NCBI GenBank assembly: GCA_017640445.1
Contig: JAEPQQ010000008.1
Coordinates: forward strand, 2,536 to 66,535
Source: Bacteroidia bacterium
GTDB taxonomy: Bacteria; Bacteroidota; Bacteroidia; NS11-12g; UBA9320
Direction of reading: 5' to 3'
DNA length: 64,000 bases
Position numbers and translations under genes: made by a program. The notes beneath the pieces were generated by a model. The model was not told the origin of the DNA, ran no database searches, and was given only the letters and a program-made list of their open reading frames with translations. Positions 37,944 to 47,530 of the stretch are shown here, piece by piece (the first letter of the stretch is position 1; every line of letters begins with the position of its first letter).

Positions 37944-39839
37944 ATGATATACACATACAAATTGAAGGCTACGTCAAGAAAGATAGGACTTTTGTCCTTG
38001 CTTTTTGTGATGGGACTGTTTCAAACCAAGGGGCAGCAACTCGACTGGGTACTCCATTTTGGAGGATATACCAGCGACGGCAGTGAGTCATTTTCGATTG
38101 AGCAGATCGACGACCAGTATTTCGATAGCGAGGGGAACCTGTATCTATTGGGGCGATTTGGGAATCGGGTGGATTTTGATCCATCGGATGAAAAAGAGGT
38201 ACGGATTCACGACATTTCTTCCTCCTCCAATGTATTTGCCATGTTTTTGGCCAAGTATTCACCAAACCAGGAACTTCTGTGGGTTAAGGTTGTTCAAAAC
38301 AAGGATGGTTCGGTCTTCAGCAGAAGGATGAAGGTGAGCGAGGAGGACAACGCAATCGTTGTTTCCGGGTACTTCTGGGATCCTGTTGATTTCGATCCAG
38401 AAAGCACAGTGTCGTGGGTAAATGGAAATCACAACGTAGGCTTAGGCAATACCTTTTTGTGCAGGTATACATTGGAAGGAAAACTGGTATGGGCGGAAAA
38501 CATAAGCAGAGGAAGTTCAGCAAATTCTATTTCCATCGAACTCACACAAGATGATCAGATTTTGGTGCACCAGAGTTTAACGGCTCAGGGAGACATTGAT
38601 CCTGATCCGGAGGAATCAGAGCTGGTAAGAATGAACATTGCGAATGTAAATGAGCGGCAATATCTGGCTTGGTACAGCTTGACGGATGGAAGTCTTACAA
38701 ACTCTGTCATATTTGATTGTGGAGGAACCGGGAATCAAGCTCGGGCGCTTGCGTTAGATGATGATGGGAATATCTTTATTGCAGGCATCTTTCATGCGCA
38801 TAGTGGTCAGGATTCAGTGGGATTTATTGACCTTGATCCGAGCGAAGACTCAGCCATCGTAAAGCAGCTCTACACCCGCCAGGACGGCTTTGTGGGATGT
38901 TACGATAAAGATGGAAACTACAAATGGCACAAACGGATAAAGACTAACTTTATGGTGTCGCCCAATGCCATGACCTTTACCGATACTGGAACGCTTGTAG
39001 TGGTAGGCGAATTTGGCGGAACGGCCATCTTTGGAACCGGCGGTATTACCCATGACGGATGGGTGGCCGGAGGCCGAACAGATGCATTCTTTGCTGAATA
39101 TAGAGTATCGGATGGGAAGTATATACGCTCCTTTGATATTGCCCGAGGATTTGATGACCAGAACAATGATCAGGCTTCGGTTCGTCATGTATCAATTGAC
39201 AAATCGGGGAACCTTTACCTGGCTGGAGACTTTACCGGGACAAGAGATTTTGGACCTCAGAACGACAATGAAATTCTTGGTTACTGGCATCGGGCTGAAC
39301 CAAACGGGAACGAAAAGCCAATGGACATGTTCATCATTAAATACGACCCTGAGTTCAAGGTAACTTTCCTTGAAACAATTGGAGGGCACGGTGGAGGCCA
39401 TGACCACTTCAGTGGAGGCATGGTGCTTCGTGAAAACGATGAAAAACTCATTGTTAGTGGCCGTTTTACGGATACAGTAAACTTCGGATTGGCAAATAAC
39501 GTACACAAGCTAAAATCACTGGGAATGGAAGATGCTTTTATAGTTCAATATGACGTTGGAAGCTTTGTGTCGGTTAGAAATACAGCTCAAAACGAAATAG
39601 TAGCAAACGTATTTCCAAACCCCACGCAAGACGTACTACGAATAAATATACAATCTGATGAGGACATAAGTCGATATTCCATCGAACTGGTGGATGTTAA
39701 AGGCTCACACGTTGATGTTCCTATTCGTCTTTCTCAACAAGGCTTTGAAGTGCAGGTAGGCCACCTTCCGGCTGGCACCTATTACTGCACTTTGAAAGAA
39801 GGTAAGCGTAGATCAACTTACCAATTGCTTAAACATTAG
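37944..39839 (+). CDS. DFDP-repeat beta-propeller protein with T9SS type A CTD
   Basis: Signal peptide from ATG 37944. Repeats G.F...VDFDP....FL.KY. C-terminal VFPNPT...DVKG...GTYYC. Confidence 0.8.
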   Translation: MIYTYKLKATSRKIGLLSLLFVMGLFQTKGQQLDWVLHFGGYTSDGSESFSIEQIDDQYFDSEGNLYLLGRFGNRVDFDPSDEKEVRIHDISSSSNVFAMFLAKYSPNQELLWVKVVQNKDGSVFSRRMKVSEEDNAIVVSGYFWDPVDFDPESTVSWVNGNHNVGLGNTFLCRYTLEGKLVWAENISRGSSANSISIELTQDDQILVHQSLTAQGDIDPDPEESELVRMNIANVNERQYLAWYSLTDGSLTNSVIFDCGGTGNQARALALDDDGNIFIAGIFHAHSGQDSVGFIDLDPSEDSAIVKQLYTRQDGFVGCYDKDGNYKWHKRIKTNFMVSPNAMTFTDTGTLVVVGEFGGTAIFGTGGITHDGWVAGGRTDAFFAEYRVSDGKYIRSFDIARGFDDQNNDQASVRHVSIDKSGNLYLAGDFTGTRDFGPQNDNEILGYWHRAEPNGNEKPMDMFIIKYDPEFKVTFLETIGGHGGGHDHFSGGMVLRENDEKLIVSGRFTDTVNFGLANNVHKLKSLGMEDAFIVQYDVGSFVSVRNTAQNEIVANVFPNPTQDVLRINIQSDEDISRYSIELVDVKGSHVDVPIRLSQQGFEVQVGHLPAGTYYCTLKEGKRRSTYQLLKH

Positions 39840-39874
39840 GCTTAAGCTTTTTCATTATCTACACTTTTTCTTTT

Positions 39875-39940
39875 TCAGAGCCCAGACGGTATTTTAGCAA
39901 AAACAAATAAAGAAACCGTTTCCCGTCGGGCTCTGATTTT
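39875..39940 (+). terminator. Long-loop hairpin, possible terminator
   Basis: TCAGAGCCC-A-GACGG ... CCGTC-GGGCTCTGA followed by TTTT. Confidence 0.45.
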
Positions 39941-39975
39941 GAAGTAACTCAGCACTTAAACTTCTATTGACTCAC

Positions 39976-41115
39976 ATGGTTGTTTTTACCCGTGATAAAA
40001 ATTTGAAACTTCCCATTAAACGTAGATACCTTATTGTAGGTGCTCTTGTTCTTGGTTTGGTTTCTTTTGCCCAGAGTTATCTCAATCACACGTATATACG
40101 GGCCTCTGAAGCACCTTTTCTATGGCCTATGTATGCCATCACACCATTGGCCGAAAACTTTACATGGATAGTTCTGATTCCATTAATCTATCGATTTATT
40201 TACAGTGAAGCTGCCCATTTTAAATGGAGTTTGGGTGTGTTGGTCAAGTACCTTTTGGGTATTTCCCTGTTCGTGGGAGTGCATCGGGTTCTGTCCCTAT
40301 GTCCTTTGTTTGGAGTTGCGCATGTACTTAACGTGGAACAATTCTCAATGGAGAGTTTTACTCGTTTACTTGAGTTTACACCAGTGGTGGTGTTGGCCAA
40401 TGTGCCAGCATTTTTAGCCATTGTAGCTCTTTTGTTGTTTGCTGATTATTACAGGAAGTCGCATTCCAGGCAGGTGCAATTATTAGAGATCCAAGAACAG
40501 TTGGCGAAGGCCAATCTGGAAGTATTAAAAAACCAAATTCAACCTCACTTTCTGTTCAATGCACTCAATTCGGCTACAGCGTTGGTGAAGTCCGATGTTG
40601 GGAAAGCTCAGGTGGTGTTGGTTAAACTAGCCTCCGTATTGGCACAGGTTCTTGAAGTAAACGAACGAAGTTTGATCAAGGTAAGCGACGAACTTACGTT
40701 CACGGAAGACTACATTGAACTACTGGAAATTCGCTTTGGAGATCGCTTACAGGTAGAGTGGTCTGTTGAGCATGGGGCACTCGACTTTTATTGTCCGCCG
40801 TTTATGATCCAAACCCTGGTAGAGAATACCGTAAAGCACAAACTGTCCAGGTCGAATGGTAAGGTGTACCTGAGAATTGCTATTCAACTAAAAAAGCAGC
40901 AGATTTACATAGAAGTTAGTGATCGTATGGATAGTTCTTCGCAACTTCAACGAGAAACCAATACACGACAACCAGGAGGCAGAGGCCTTGCCAATATTCA
41001 GCAGCGGTTAGAAACCATATACGGTGAGAACTACGCCTTTCATACTGAGGTTGATAATCAAGGAGGTTTTTCGGTGATTTATGAACTGCCCGTTGATGTG
41101 TTGCCCGTACATTAA
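39976..41115 (+). CDS. LytS/YehU-family sensor histidine kinase
   Basis: TM N-terminus. LKNQIQPHFLFNALN, IRFGDRL, QTLVENTVKH and GRGLANIQQRL. Start codon uncertain. Confidence 0.88.
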   Translation: MVVFTRDKNLKLPIKRRYLIVGALVLGLVSFAQSYLNHTYIRASEAPFLWPMYAITPLAENFTWIVLIPLIYRFIYSEAAHFKWSLGVLVKYLLGISLFVGVHRVLSLCPLFGVAHVLNVEQFSMESFTRLLEFTPVVVLANVPAFLAIVALLLFADYYRKSHSRQVQLLEIQEQLAKANLEVLKNQIQPHFLFNALNSATALVKSDVGKAQVVLVKLASVLAQVLEVNERSLIKVSDELTFTEDYIELLEIRFGDRLQVEWSVEHGALDFYCPPFMIQTLVENTVKHKLSRSNGKVYLRIAIQLKKQQIYIEVSDRMDSSSQLQRETNTRQPGGRGLANIQQRLETIYGENYAFHTEVDNQGGFSVIYELPVDVLPVH

Positions 41116-41118
41116 GCT

Positions 41119-41892
41119 ATGTCGCAAAAGATAACAGTTGGTATTGTAGACGATGAATACTTAGGAAGAAAAAGGATCAAAGACGTTCTTTCTAACGACG
41201 ATCGGTTTTACGTGGTTCAGGAAAGTGGGAATCCTGTTGATGTACTGCCCCATCTACGAAGCTTGTTACCTGATGTTTTGTTTCTCGATGTGGAGATGCC
41301 GCAGTTGAATGGATTTGATCTGGTTAAGTCGGTTAGTGAGATTCCCAAATACAAGCCCCTCATCGTTTTCGTTACGGCTCATGCTTCCTATGCCTTGCAA
41401 GGGTATGAGGTTCATGCGCTGGATTACCTGCGTAAACCCTTTACCGATGAAAGATTATTGATGACACTTGATCGATTGGCCGAGGCCTTTGATCTCCGAC
41501 AAACCTCTCAGATGAAACAGGAGATTAAGAATGTATTGAACAAGTATATGGAGCCTCAAAGAAGCCTCAAGAAATTACTGGATGTTAAACACAACGGAGT
41601 AACGAGGGGAATAGACCTGGGTCACGTGGTTTACTTTGAATCCTATGGAAACTACATAAAAATACATCTGGTTGAGGAGACCATCGTTCACAGGATGTCA
41701 CTTAAGGAACTCAACGATATGCTCAATCCGCTGCATTTTACTCGGATTAGTCGATTCATCATCGTCCGTAATAACGCAATTGTAACCGCAAAGTATAAAG
41801 GAGCTTCGGAATACGCCTTTGTTATGAAAGATGGAAAAGAAGTGGCGTCTACAAGCCTTTATAAGAGCAAGGTACAGGCGCTTTTGTCCTAG
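41119..41892 (+). CDS. LytTR-family response regulator
   Basis: IVDDEYLGR, LFLDVEMP, FVTAH, DYLRKP; LytTR domain FESYGNYIKIH...FTRISR. Confidence 0.92.
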   Translation: MSQKITVGIVDDEYLGRKRIKDVLSNDDRFYVVQESGNPVDVLPHLRSLLPDVLFLDVEMPQLNGFDLVKSVSEIPKYKPLIVFVTAHASYALQGYEVHALDYLRKPFTDERLLMTLDRLAEAFDLRQTSQMKQEIKNVLNKYMEPQRSLKKLLDVKHNGVTRGIDLGHVVYFESYGNYIKIHLVEETIVHRMSLKELNDMLNPLHFTRISRFIIVRNNAIVTAKYKGASEYAFVMKDGKEVASTSLYKSKVQALLS

Positions 41893-42211
41893 CGTTTTGC
41901 CCTTCTACATGGTTTGTAGTGGGATCATTACACCGTCTTATTGGTCGGGACAAACTCCTTCGGTCTACGTTTTACCCAATTCGTCGATATTAAATTTTTT
42001 CGGGTAAACGAATCCCCACTAAGATGCGTCTCACACTAAAAATTGGATCATACGAAGATTAGAAATTCAGGTATATCGGTGATGGTGATAAACCGCTCAA
42101 ACCTACTCATTGGACTGGTCTTTTACATATAGTGAGCCCAATTGTAAAACCAATTTTGCTTAAGTAAGGTGAATACGTAAAGCAGATAAGGCCGTTTCGG
42201 TTTTGTTGCAT

Positions 42212-42235
42212 GAAGGTGGTCTGTTGGCCACCTTT
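42212..42235. terminator. Hairpin next to the end of the minus-strand gene at 42242
   Basis: AAGGTGGTC-TGTT-GGCCACCTT. Confidence 0.5.
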
Positions 42236-42241
42236 CGTGTT

Positions 42242-43183
42242 TTAGTCGATATCGGTGAGGGCTAGGCGAGAATTCCTAAAGTCGATATGCAACTGGCGCC
42301 CCTTTAGAGTGTTGTAAGCGATGGATCCAACAATGGGATAAAGGTTCGATTCCATGAAAATGTCTTGATTGAAATCGGTATCTATTGTTTTGAAGAACTG
42401 AAGCCCTACGTCAATCTGACCAATGTGGAAATGATTGCTACTGGCCAGGGAATCGTGGTTGGTAACGATTTTTATGCCAGAGCGAATATGGGTAGGAATA
42501 CCCTCGTTATTGTAAAACGTATCACTAACCAACTTGCCCGATCTGTTTGGGAGATTCTTTAAACCTTTGAAACCGGATTTCACCGCCACATCGTAGTTGA
42601 TTATGTTATGATCTGGAATTCCGTTGTCGATGTGAAAGTAGCCAATTGTACTGTCTCCAGAACCGCAGGATACGAAGATTTGTCGTGAGTCATAAACAAA
42701 CGGCACCCATTGTTCATTGGGGAAGGGGGCGTGCCGACTGATAGACTCGTAATCGCCTACCTCTCTGTACAGTATTTGCGATGAAAAGTCAAGTACGATG
42801 TAGTCGTGGTTAAACACCACGTTGCCCACGAGGCCTCCAAAGATTTTTCCATCTAACAACGCACCCATGCGCAAGCGATATAAAGAATCGCTCTTGCGGG
42901 CCTTATCGTCAAACGAAAAGGGAGAAGTAACCACAATGCTCCCCATTTTAATGGTAACGCTATCGGATATCGTATGGGAAATTTCGGTGGCCAATCGATT
43001 CGTTATGGAAACATGGTCGGTTCCCAGATCAAACAAAAAGATCACCGGAGTTTCACAACCTTGAACCGATGTTTCTATATACGTGTGCCCCTTGAAAATG
43101 AAGAATTTGCATTGTTTAAACTGAGAACCACTCGATAAACAAGGGAGTATAAGCAGGGCTAAATTCAGGATGATGTTTTTCAT
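42242..43183 (-). CDS. Exported retropepsin-like (two-domain aspartyl protease-like) protein
   Basis: Signal peptide. FLFDLGT...GGLVG....DYIVLDF, then a second unit FHIDNG...GSIAY..L....LHIDF. Canonical DTG motifs are altered. Confidence 0.6.
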   Translation of the reverse strand: MKNIILNLALLILPCLSSGSQFKQCKFFIFKGHTYIETSVQGCETPVIFLFDLGTDHVSITNRLATEISHTISDSVTIKMGSIVVTSPFSFDDKARKSDSLYRLRMGALLDGKIFGGLVGNVVFNHDYIVLDFSSQILYREVGDYESISRHAPFPNEQWVPFVYDSRQIFVSCGSGDSTIGYFHIDNGIPDHNIINYDVAVKSGFKGLKNLPNRSGKLVSDTFYNNEGIPTHIRSGIKIVTNHDSLASSNHFHIGQIDVGLQFFKTIDTDFNQDIFMESNLYPIVGSIAYNTLKGRQLHIDFRNSRLALTDID

Positions 43184-43237
43184 ATGATGTTACTAAAGCA
43201 GTCTAAGAACGCCAGGAATGCGTCCACTTGTTTGGGT

Positions 43238-43266
43238 TTGTGACGAGAAGTATAAAATTGTGATGA
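43238..43266 (-). promoter_or_regulatory. Putative LytTR direct-repeat operator
   Basis: On the minus strand, TCATCACAA-N11-TCGTCACAA (20-bp period) lies between the LytTR gene and the protease-like gene. Confidence 0.55.
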
Positions 43267-43300
43267 AAGGTGTCAAATCATACACGGTTTTCCTGGCAAC

Positions 43301-44023
43301 CTATTGCTGAAGAGATTCAAGGTCGTACGTCTTAATGAGACTTCTTACCAACTGCAAATAGTTTCGACCGATGGGTATAGACTTGTTCTTGACTTCTAAC
43401 CGTTGACGGCTCATTTTTTCTATATACTTATGCGCAACAATAAACGATTTGTGAACTCGGATAAAATGATGTTTTTCCAATAACTCGCTCATGGACTTTA
43501 GCGTTTTTTTTACCACTATGAGACGATCATCGATGGTATGAATTTTAAGGTAGTCGCGCATGCCTTCGATGAATAGAATTTCTTCTATGTAGAGTTTTAC
43601 CATCTTGGTGCCGGAGCGAACAAATAACTGCTTCCTGGTTTCTTTTTTGTGATTGAGTTGATGGATGTCAGAGAGCAGAGCAGCCTTGTCTATGGCCTTG
43701 CAAAATCGGGTGAAAGTGATGGGTTTTAGAAGAAAGTCTACGATGTTGTAATCATAGCCTTCCAGGGCGTATTGCCTGTGAGCTGTTGTGAATATTACCA
43801 AAGGCGGGTCTGTAATAGAGGCCAGAAAGTCGGTGCCCTTAATATGTGGCATCTCGATATCCAGAAAGATCAAATCAATCGGGTTTTCCCGGATGTAGCG
43901 GTTGGCCGTTAAAGCGGAAGTAAACGTTCGGACAATGTCCAGTTGCTCCATGTTGCAAGCATAGTCTTCCAGTAACTCGATGGCCAGGGGCTCGTCATCT
44001 AAAATAATACTTTTCAATCCCAT
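43301..44023 (-). CDS. LytTR-family response regulator
   Basis: ILDDEPLA, LIFLDIEMP, IFTTAH, DFLLKPI; LytTR domain IEGMRDYLKIH...FIRVHKSFIV. Confidence 0.93.
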   Translation of the reverse strand: MGLKSIILDDEPLAIELLEDYACNMEQLDIVRTFTSALTANRYIRENPIDLIFLDIEMPHIKGTDFLASITDPPLVIFTTAHRQYALEGYDYNIVDFLLKPITFTRFCKAIDKAALLSDIHQLNHKKETRKQLFVRSGTKMVKLYIEEILFIEGMRDYLKIHTIDDRLIVVKKTLKSMSELLEKHHFIRVHKSFIVAHKYIEKMSRQRLEVKNKSIPIGRNYLQLVRSLIKTYDLESLQQ

Positions 44024-45060
44024 GTAAGGTCCATTATAAGTTCAACGCTGTACTCAGTTTCGCTCTCTGTTATGATCAGTTCGTGCCGTCCTGGGTAGAG
44101 CATGTTCAGTCGTTTTTGAACGTTAACCAGGCCCATTCCATGCTCTCGGTTTGCGGGGCCGGTATAACTTGACTTGCTGTTTTCTACGGCAAACACAAAT
44201 AGATTGTCTCTCATAAAGGCCTGACATCGAATATAAGCATCCGGGTCATCGCCAAACCCACTGTGCTTAAAGGCATTCTCTACAAATGGTACCAGTAGGA
44301 AAGGGGCTATCTTTAAGTGACCCAGATCGCCATTCTCACTGAGCAAAATTTCACCGTCAGACGGATGCCGTAATTGCTCCACTTCAATATAGCTTTGGAG
44401 GTATTCGATTTCCCGTTTAACCGTAACCCTATCTACATCGCTGTCGTACAGCATGTATTCGATCATTTCCGATAGTTTAAGAATGGCTACCGGGGTTTTG
44501 TCGGATTTCCTGAGCGACAATGCATAAAGGTTGTTCATTGTGTTGAACAAGAAGTGGGAGTTGAACTGCCCTCTCAGAAACCGAATCTCAGCCGATAGAT
44601 TTTCGTTGACCAATTGACGATTAATCTCGCGTTGTTTGAATCGATCCTTGCTAAGCTTAAAGGCAGTGGTCAGCACCAGCATAATTCCTAAGTCGAACAT
44701 GTTATCCCAATAGGCCTGCTGGTACGACTCATGGTTCTCAATTTTATAGAAATATTCAAGGCATATCAGGTACCATTGCGTATAAACAGCACAGTAACCC
44801 ACAAAAACCAGAACAAGGGACAGACCGTAGGCAATATACTTTTCCTTCAACAGGAGTCTCGGCATCAGGTAATTAAGGTTGAAATAGGCAGTAACCAGGG
44901 TTACTGATAGAAAGCCGAATAAGGGTATAATGGCTTCCTCAGGCTCGCAGGCAACCAGAAAAAAATGACACGTCGGGAAAAAATAGACAATCCAAAACAA
45001 AACATGCTGAACCCATTGTATTCCCAGGAGGTGTATAATGCGGTCTTTTATTTTTTTCAT
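44014..45060 (-). CDS. LytS/YehU-family sensor histidine kinase
   Basis: TM N-terminus (HVLFW). LRGQFNSHFLFNTMNNLY, PFVENAFKH, ENSK and GMGLVNVQKRL. Confidence 0.92.
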   Translation of the reverse strand: MKKIKDRIIHLLGIQWVQHVLFWIVYFFPTCHFFLVACEPEEAIIPLFGFLSVTLVTAYFNLNYLMPRLLLKEKYIAYGLSLVLVFVGYCAVYTQWYLICLEYFYKIENHESYQQAYWDNMFDLGIMLVLTTAFKLSKDRFKQREINRQLVNENLSAEIRFLRGQFNSHFLFNTMNNLYALSLRKSDKTPVAILKLSEMIEYMLYDSDVDRVTVKREIEYLQSYIEVEQLRHPSDGEILLSENGDLGHLKIAPFLLVPFVENAFKHSGFGDDPDAYIRCQAFMRDNLFVFAVENSKSSYTGPANREHGMGLVNVQKRLNMLYPGRHELIITESETEYSVELIMDLTWD

Positions 45061-45204
45061 AAACCCTGTTGTGTTATAGATACAATCAAGACCAACTACG
45101 TCTCAATCGCAAGAGCTTACCACAAACTACCTGTTTAGTCGACCAACGGCAAACTTCCAATTTATCCAGTTTTTATTTTCGTCAATAAGTAAAGGAGAAC
45201 CACA

Positions 45205-46314
45205 ATGAAAACAAATAACATAAAGACGCAAGGCGCAATTACCAAGATGCAAACAAGCCGTATTTCCAGGTCCCTGGTAATCCTATTTCTTACCCTGGTC
45301 ATAACGATCCCCTGTGCCACAGCTCAATGGAGGATAGAGTTACCGGTATTTGTGAGTCCTAGAGCTACAGTTTCTCAAACGTTTGGCACAACGGACGTGT
45401 CCGTTGAATATTCCAGGCCATCCGTAAAGTCGAGAGCCATCTGGGGAGACTTGGTGCCGTATGGAGAGGTTTGGCGTGCAGGTGCGAATGCAAACACAGT
45501 TGTTCGGTTGGAACATGATGTAGCGATAATGGGCGACACCTTGAAGGCAGGCAGCTACGGCTTGCATATGATCCCGAATGAAAAGGAGTGGACAGTGATC
45601 TTTTCAAATGACTTTGAGGCCTGGGGAAGTTACGCGTACGCCAAGGAACAAGACGCCTTGCGCGTTACGGTTTCTCCGGAATTGGTCGAAGATCATCAGG
45701 AGCAATTGCAGTACTATTTCGACAATGTTGAGATATCCAAAGGTGAATTGATATTGCATTGGGCGAAGCTAAGAATCGTAATTCCGATGGAAGTAAACGT
45801 GGAGCGAAATACCATACTTGGGTTCAAAGAGCGTTTGCAGGATTTGGAGGATACCACACTCCTTTGGGACGATTTTTATTTGGCCGCCAGCTATTGTGTT
45901 CGGCGCAAATCGAACCAGGATCAGGCCTACCAGTGGAATGAACGGTCTATACTCCTGGACTCCAACTTTGATAATCTGTATTTAAAGTCGATTTTTCTAA
46001 TGAGAATGGACCAAAAGGATGAGGCGTCTCGGGTGGAAGCGGTTTCATTTGAGCGAGCAGATGAGGAGCAATTGAATAATCTGGGATTAGGCCTGATACG
46101 GTCTAAAAAAAGTGAAAAGGCCGTTCGAATTCTGAACTATACTGCAACAAGATATCCAGATTCCTGGAAGGTGCACTATAACCTGGGTTTGGCCTACAGT
46201 GCCCACGGAGATAAAAAGAAAGCGCTCAAAAAACTAAGGTTGGCATTGAAACTTGCTTCGAAAGACGATACAGATAAGATCAACGATAAGATTGAAGAAA
46301 TAAGAAGCTCCTGA
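45205..46314 (+). CDS. DUF2911 domain protein with C-terminal TPR repeats
   Basis: SPRATVSQ.FG.T...V.YSRP.VK.R.IWG.LVPYGEVWRAGAN; TPR-like YNLGLAY...G.KKKA. Confidence 0.88.
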   Translation: MKTNNIKTQGAITKMQTSRISRSLVILFLTLVITIPCATAQWRIELPVFVSPRATVSQTFGTTDVSVEYSRPSVKSRAIWGDLVPYGEVWRAGANANTVVRLEHDVAIMGDTLKAGSYGLHMIPNEKEWTVIFSNDFEAWGSYAYAKEQDALRVTVSPELVEDHQEQLQYYFDNVEISKGELILHWAKLRIVIPMEVNVERNTILGFKERLQDLEDTTLLWDDFYLAASYCVRRKSNQDQAYQWNERSILLDSNFDNLYLKSIFLMRMDQKDEASRVEAVSFERADEEQLNNLGLGLIRSKKSEKAVRILNYTATRYPDSWKVHYNLGLAYSAHGDKKKALKKLRLALKLASKDDTDKINDKIEEIRSS

Positions 46315-46330
46315 AGCCGACCTAGTATGC

Positions 46331-46364
46331 AAAAAAAAACACGATCAATTTGATTGACCGTGTT
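46331..46364 (-). terminator. Terminator between convergent genes
   Basis: AACACGATCAAT-TTG-ATTGACCGTGTT stem with an A9 run (U-tract on the minus strand). Confidence 0.65.
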
Positions 46365-46398
46365 CCAAAGAAAAAAATGAAGTCCGACTCGAAAGTGG

Positions 46399-47370
46399 CT
46401 AGTGCTTCATAAATCGAATGGTTGTTGATTTGGTTCCATCGGTTAACCTACAGAAGTATAATCCCGCTGGGGTGTTGCTCGTATTCAGTACGAAACCACT
46501 TTCTGTTTTTGGGGAATTTAGTTCTACCTTTTTTCCGGTAGCCGTAAAAACCTCAAGTCGTGTAGTGTTGATGTTAAATCCGCTCCCAACGTAAATAGAT
46601 GTCTGGTCCGTTACGGGGTTTGGAGAAACTTTGGCTACTATCTCGTTGGCAGTTTCGTCTACAGAAGATACACCTTCGGGGTTAAACGTGTACACCGTGT
46701 TCTCGGCTGGAACACCATCCAGGCGTTGGTCAACGTCAAAAACCACTTCCGGGTCTTGAGGATCGCCAATTAACTCCTGCATTTCAGGGAAATAACCGTT
46801 AAACGGGTCATAACGCAAGAGACCAATTTCAGGGCCATTTCCTCCGCCAAAAGCTGCAACACCGGTAATCTGGTGAGGACCAATGTGGACGGAAACCACG
46901 TTTCCTTTTTCATGAAGCCATAATTGTACGTTTATGAAGTCGGTTGTGTCGTGATTCACCAGCCCCATATTGTTCCATTCAAATTTCAGAATGCGATTCG
47001 GCGAAGTCCCAGTGATTTGATAATTGATCGAACTGTTCTCGCCTTTTGGCTTTAGCGCAGCGTAATAGGCCTCCAGAGTCAAACCATGAAAGTTATAGTC
47101 GACCAAATAGGCGTCCCGCCAAATGGTAATTCCTGAACCCTTGCTCATGTCAAACTCTTTGCCAAAGACGGAAAAGCTGAAGGGTATCTTGGCATTATAA
47201 CTTTCTCCACCAGGAGAATTTGTGACCACCGTTGGAGATTCCAGATGCTCATATTTCTCTGACGTAGTCTCAACTGAATAAGTGAATTTCTGTGCCAACA
47301 CACTCGTCGCCGGGCTCAGAAGAAGCGCAAAAACAATGACGCTTCTGATAAGTAATCCTGTATTTTTCAT
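46399..47370 (-). CDS. T9SS type A sorting-domain protein
   Basis: ATG at 47370 gives a signal peptide. IPFSFSVFG, GTSPNRILKFEW.N, NVQLWLHE; C-terminal VSPNPV...FTATGKKV...GLYFC. Confidence 0.8.
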   Translation of the reverse strand: MKNTGLLIRSVIVFALLLSPATSVLAQKFTYSVETTSEKYEHLESPTVVTNSPGGESYNAKIPFSFSVFGKEFDMSKGSGITIWRDAYLVDYNFHGLTLEAYYAALKPKGENSSINYQITGTSPNRILKFEWNNMGLVNHDTTDFINVQLWLHEKGNVVSVHIGPHQITGVAAFGGGNGPEIGLLRYDPFNGYFPEMQELIGDPQDPEVVFDVDQRLDGVPAENTVYTFNPEGVSSVDETANEIVAKVSPNPVTDQTSIYVGSGFNINTTRLEVFTATGKKVELNSPKTESGFVLNTSNTPAGLYFCRLTDGTKSTTIRFMKH

Positions 47371-47458
47371 ATGTTTTTTTTGACAAATTAGAAGTGTTGG
47401 GCAAGTGCAGCCAAACATCCAAGACGAACAACAGTAGCAATAGATCATCAACGGTTGT

Positions 47459-47482
47459 TAACGACAAGTGTCGTTGGTCGAC
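47459..47482 (-). promoter_or_regulatory. Putative direct-repeat operator (17-bp period)
   Basis: Minus-strand GTCGACC-N10-GTCGTTA, about 95 bp upstream of the 47370 start. Confidence 0.35.
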
Positions 47483-47530
47483 TATAGCATTATTCACACC
47501 TTTCAAGCAATAGAAAAAGGTAGAACAAGC

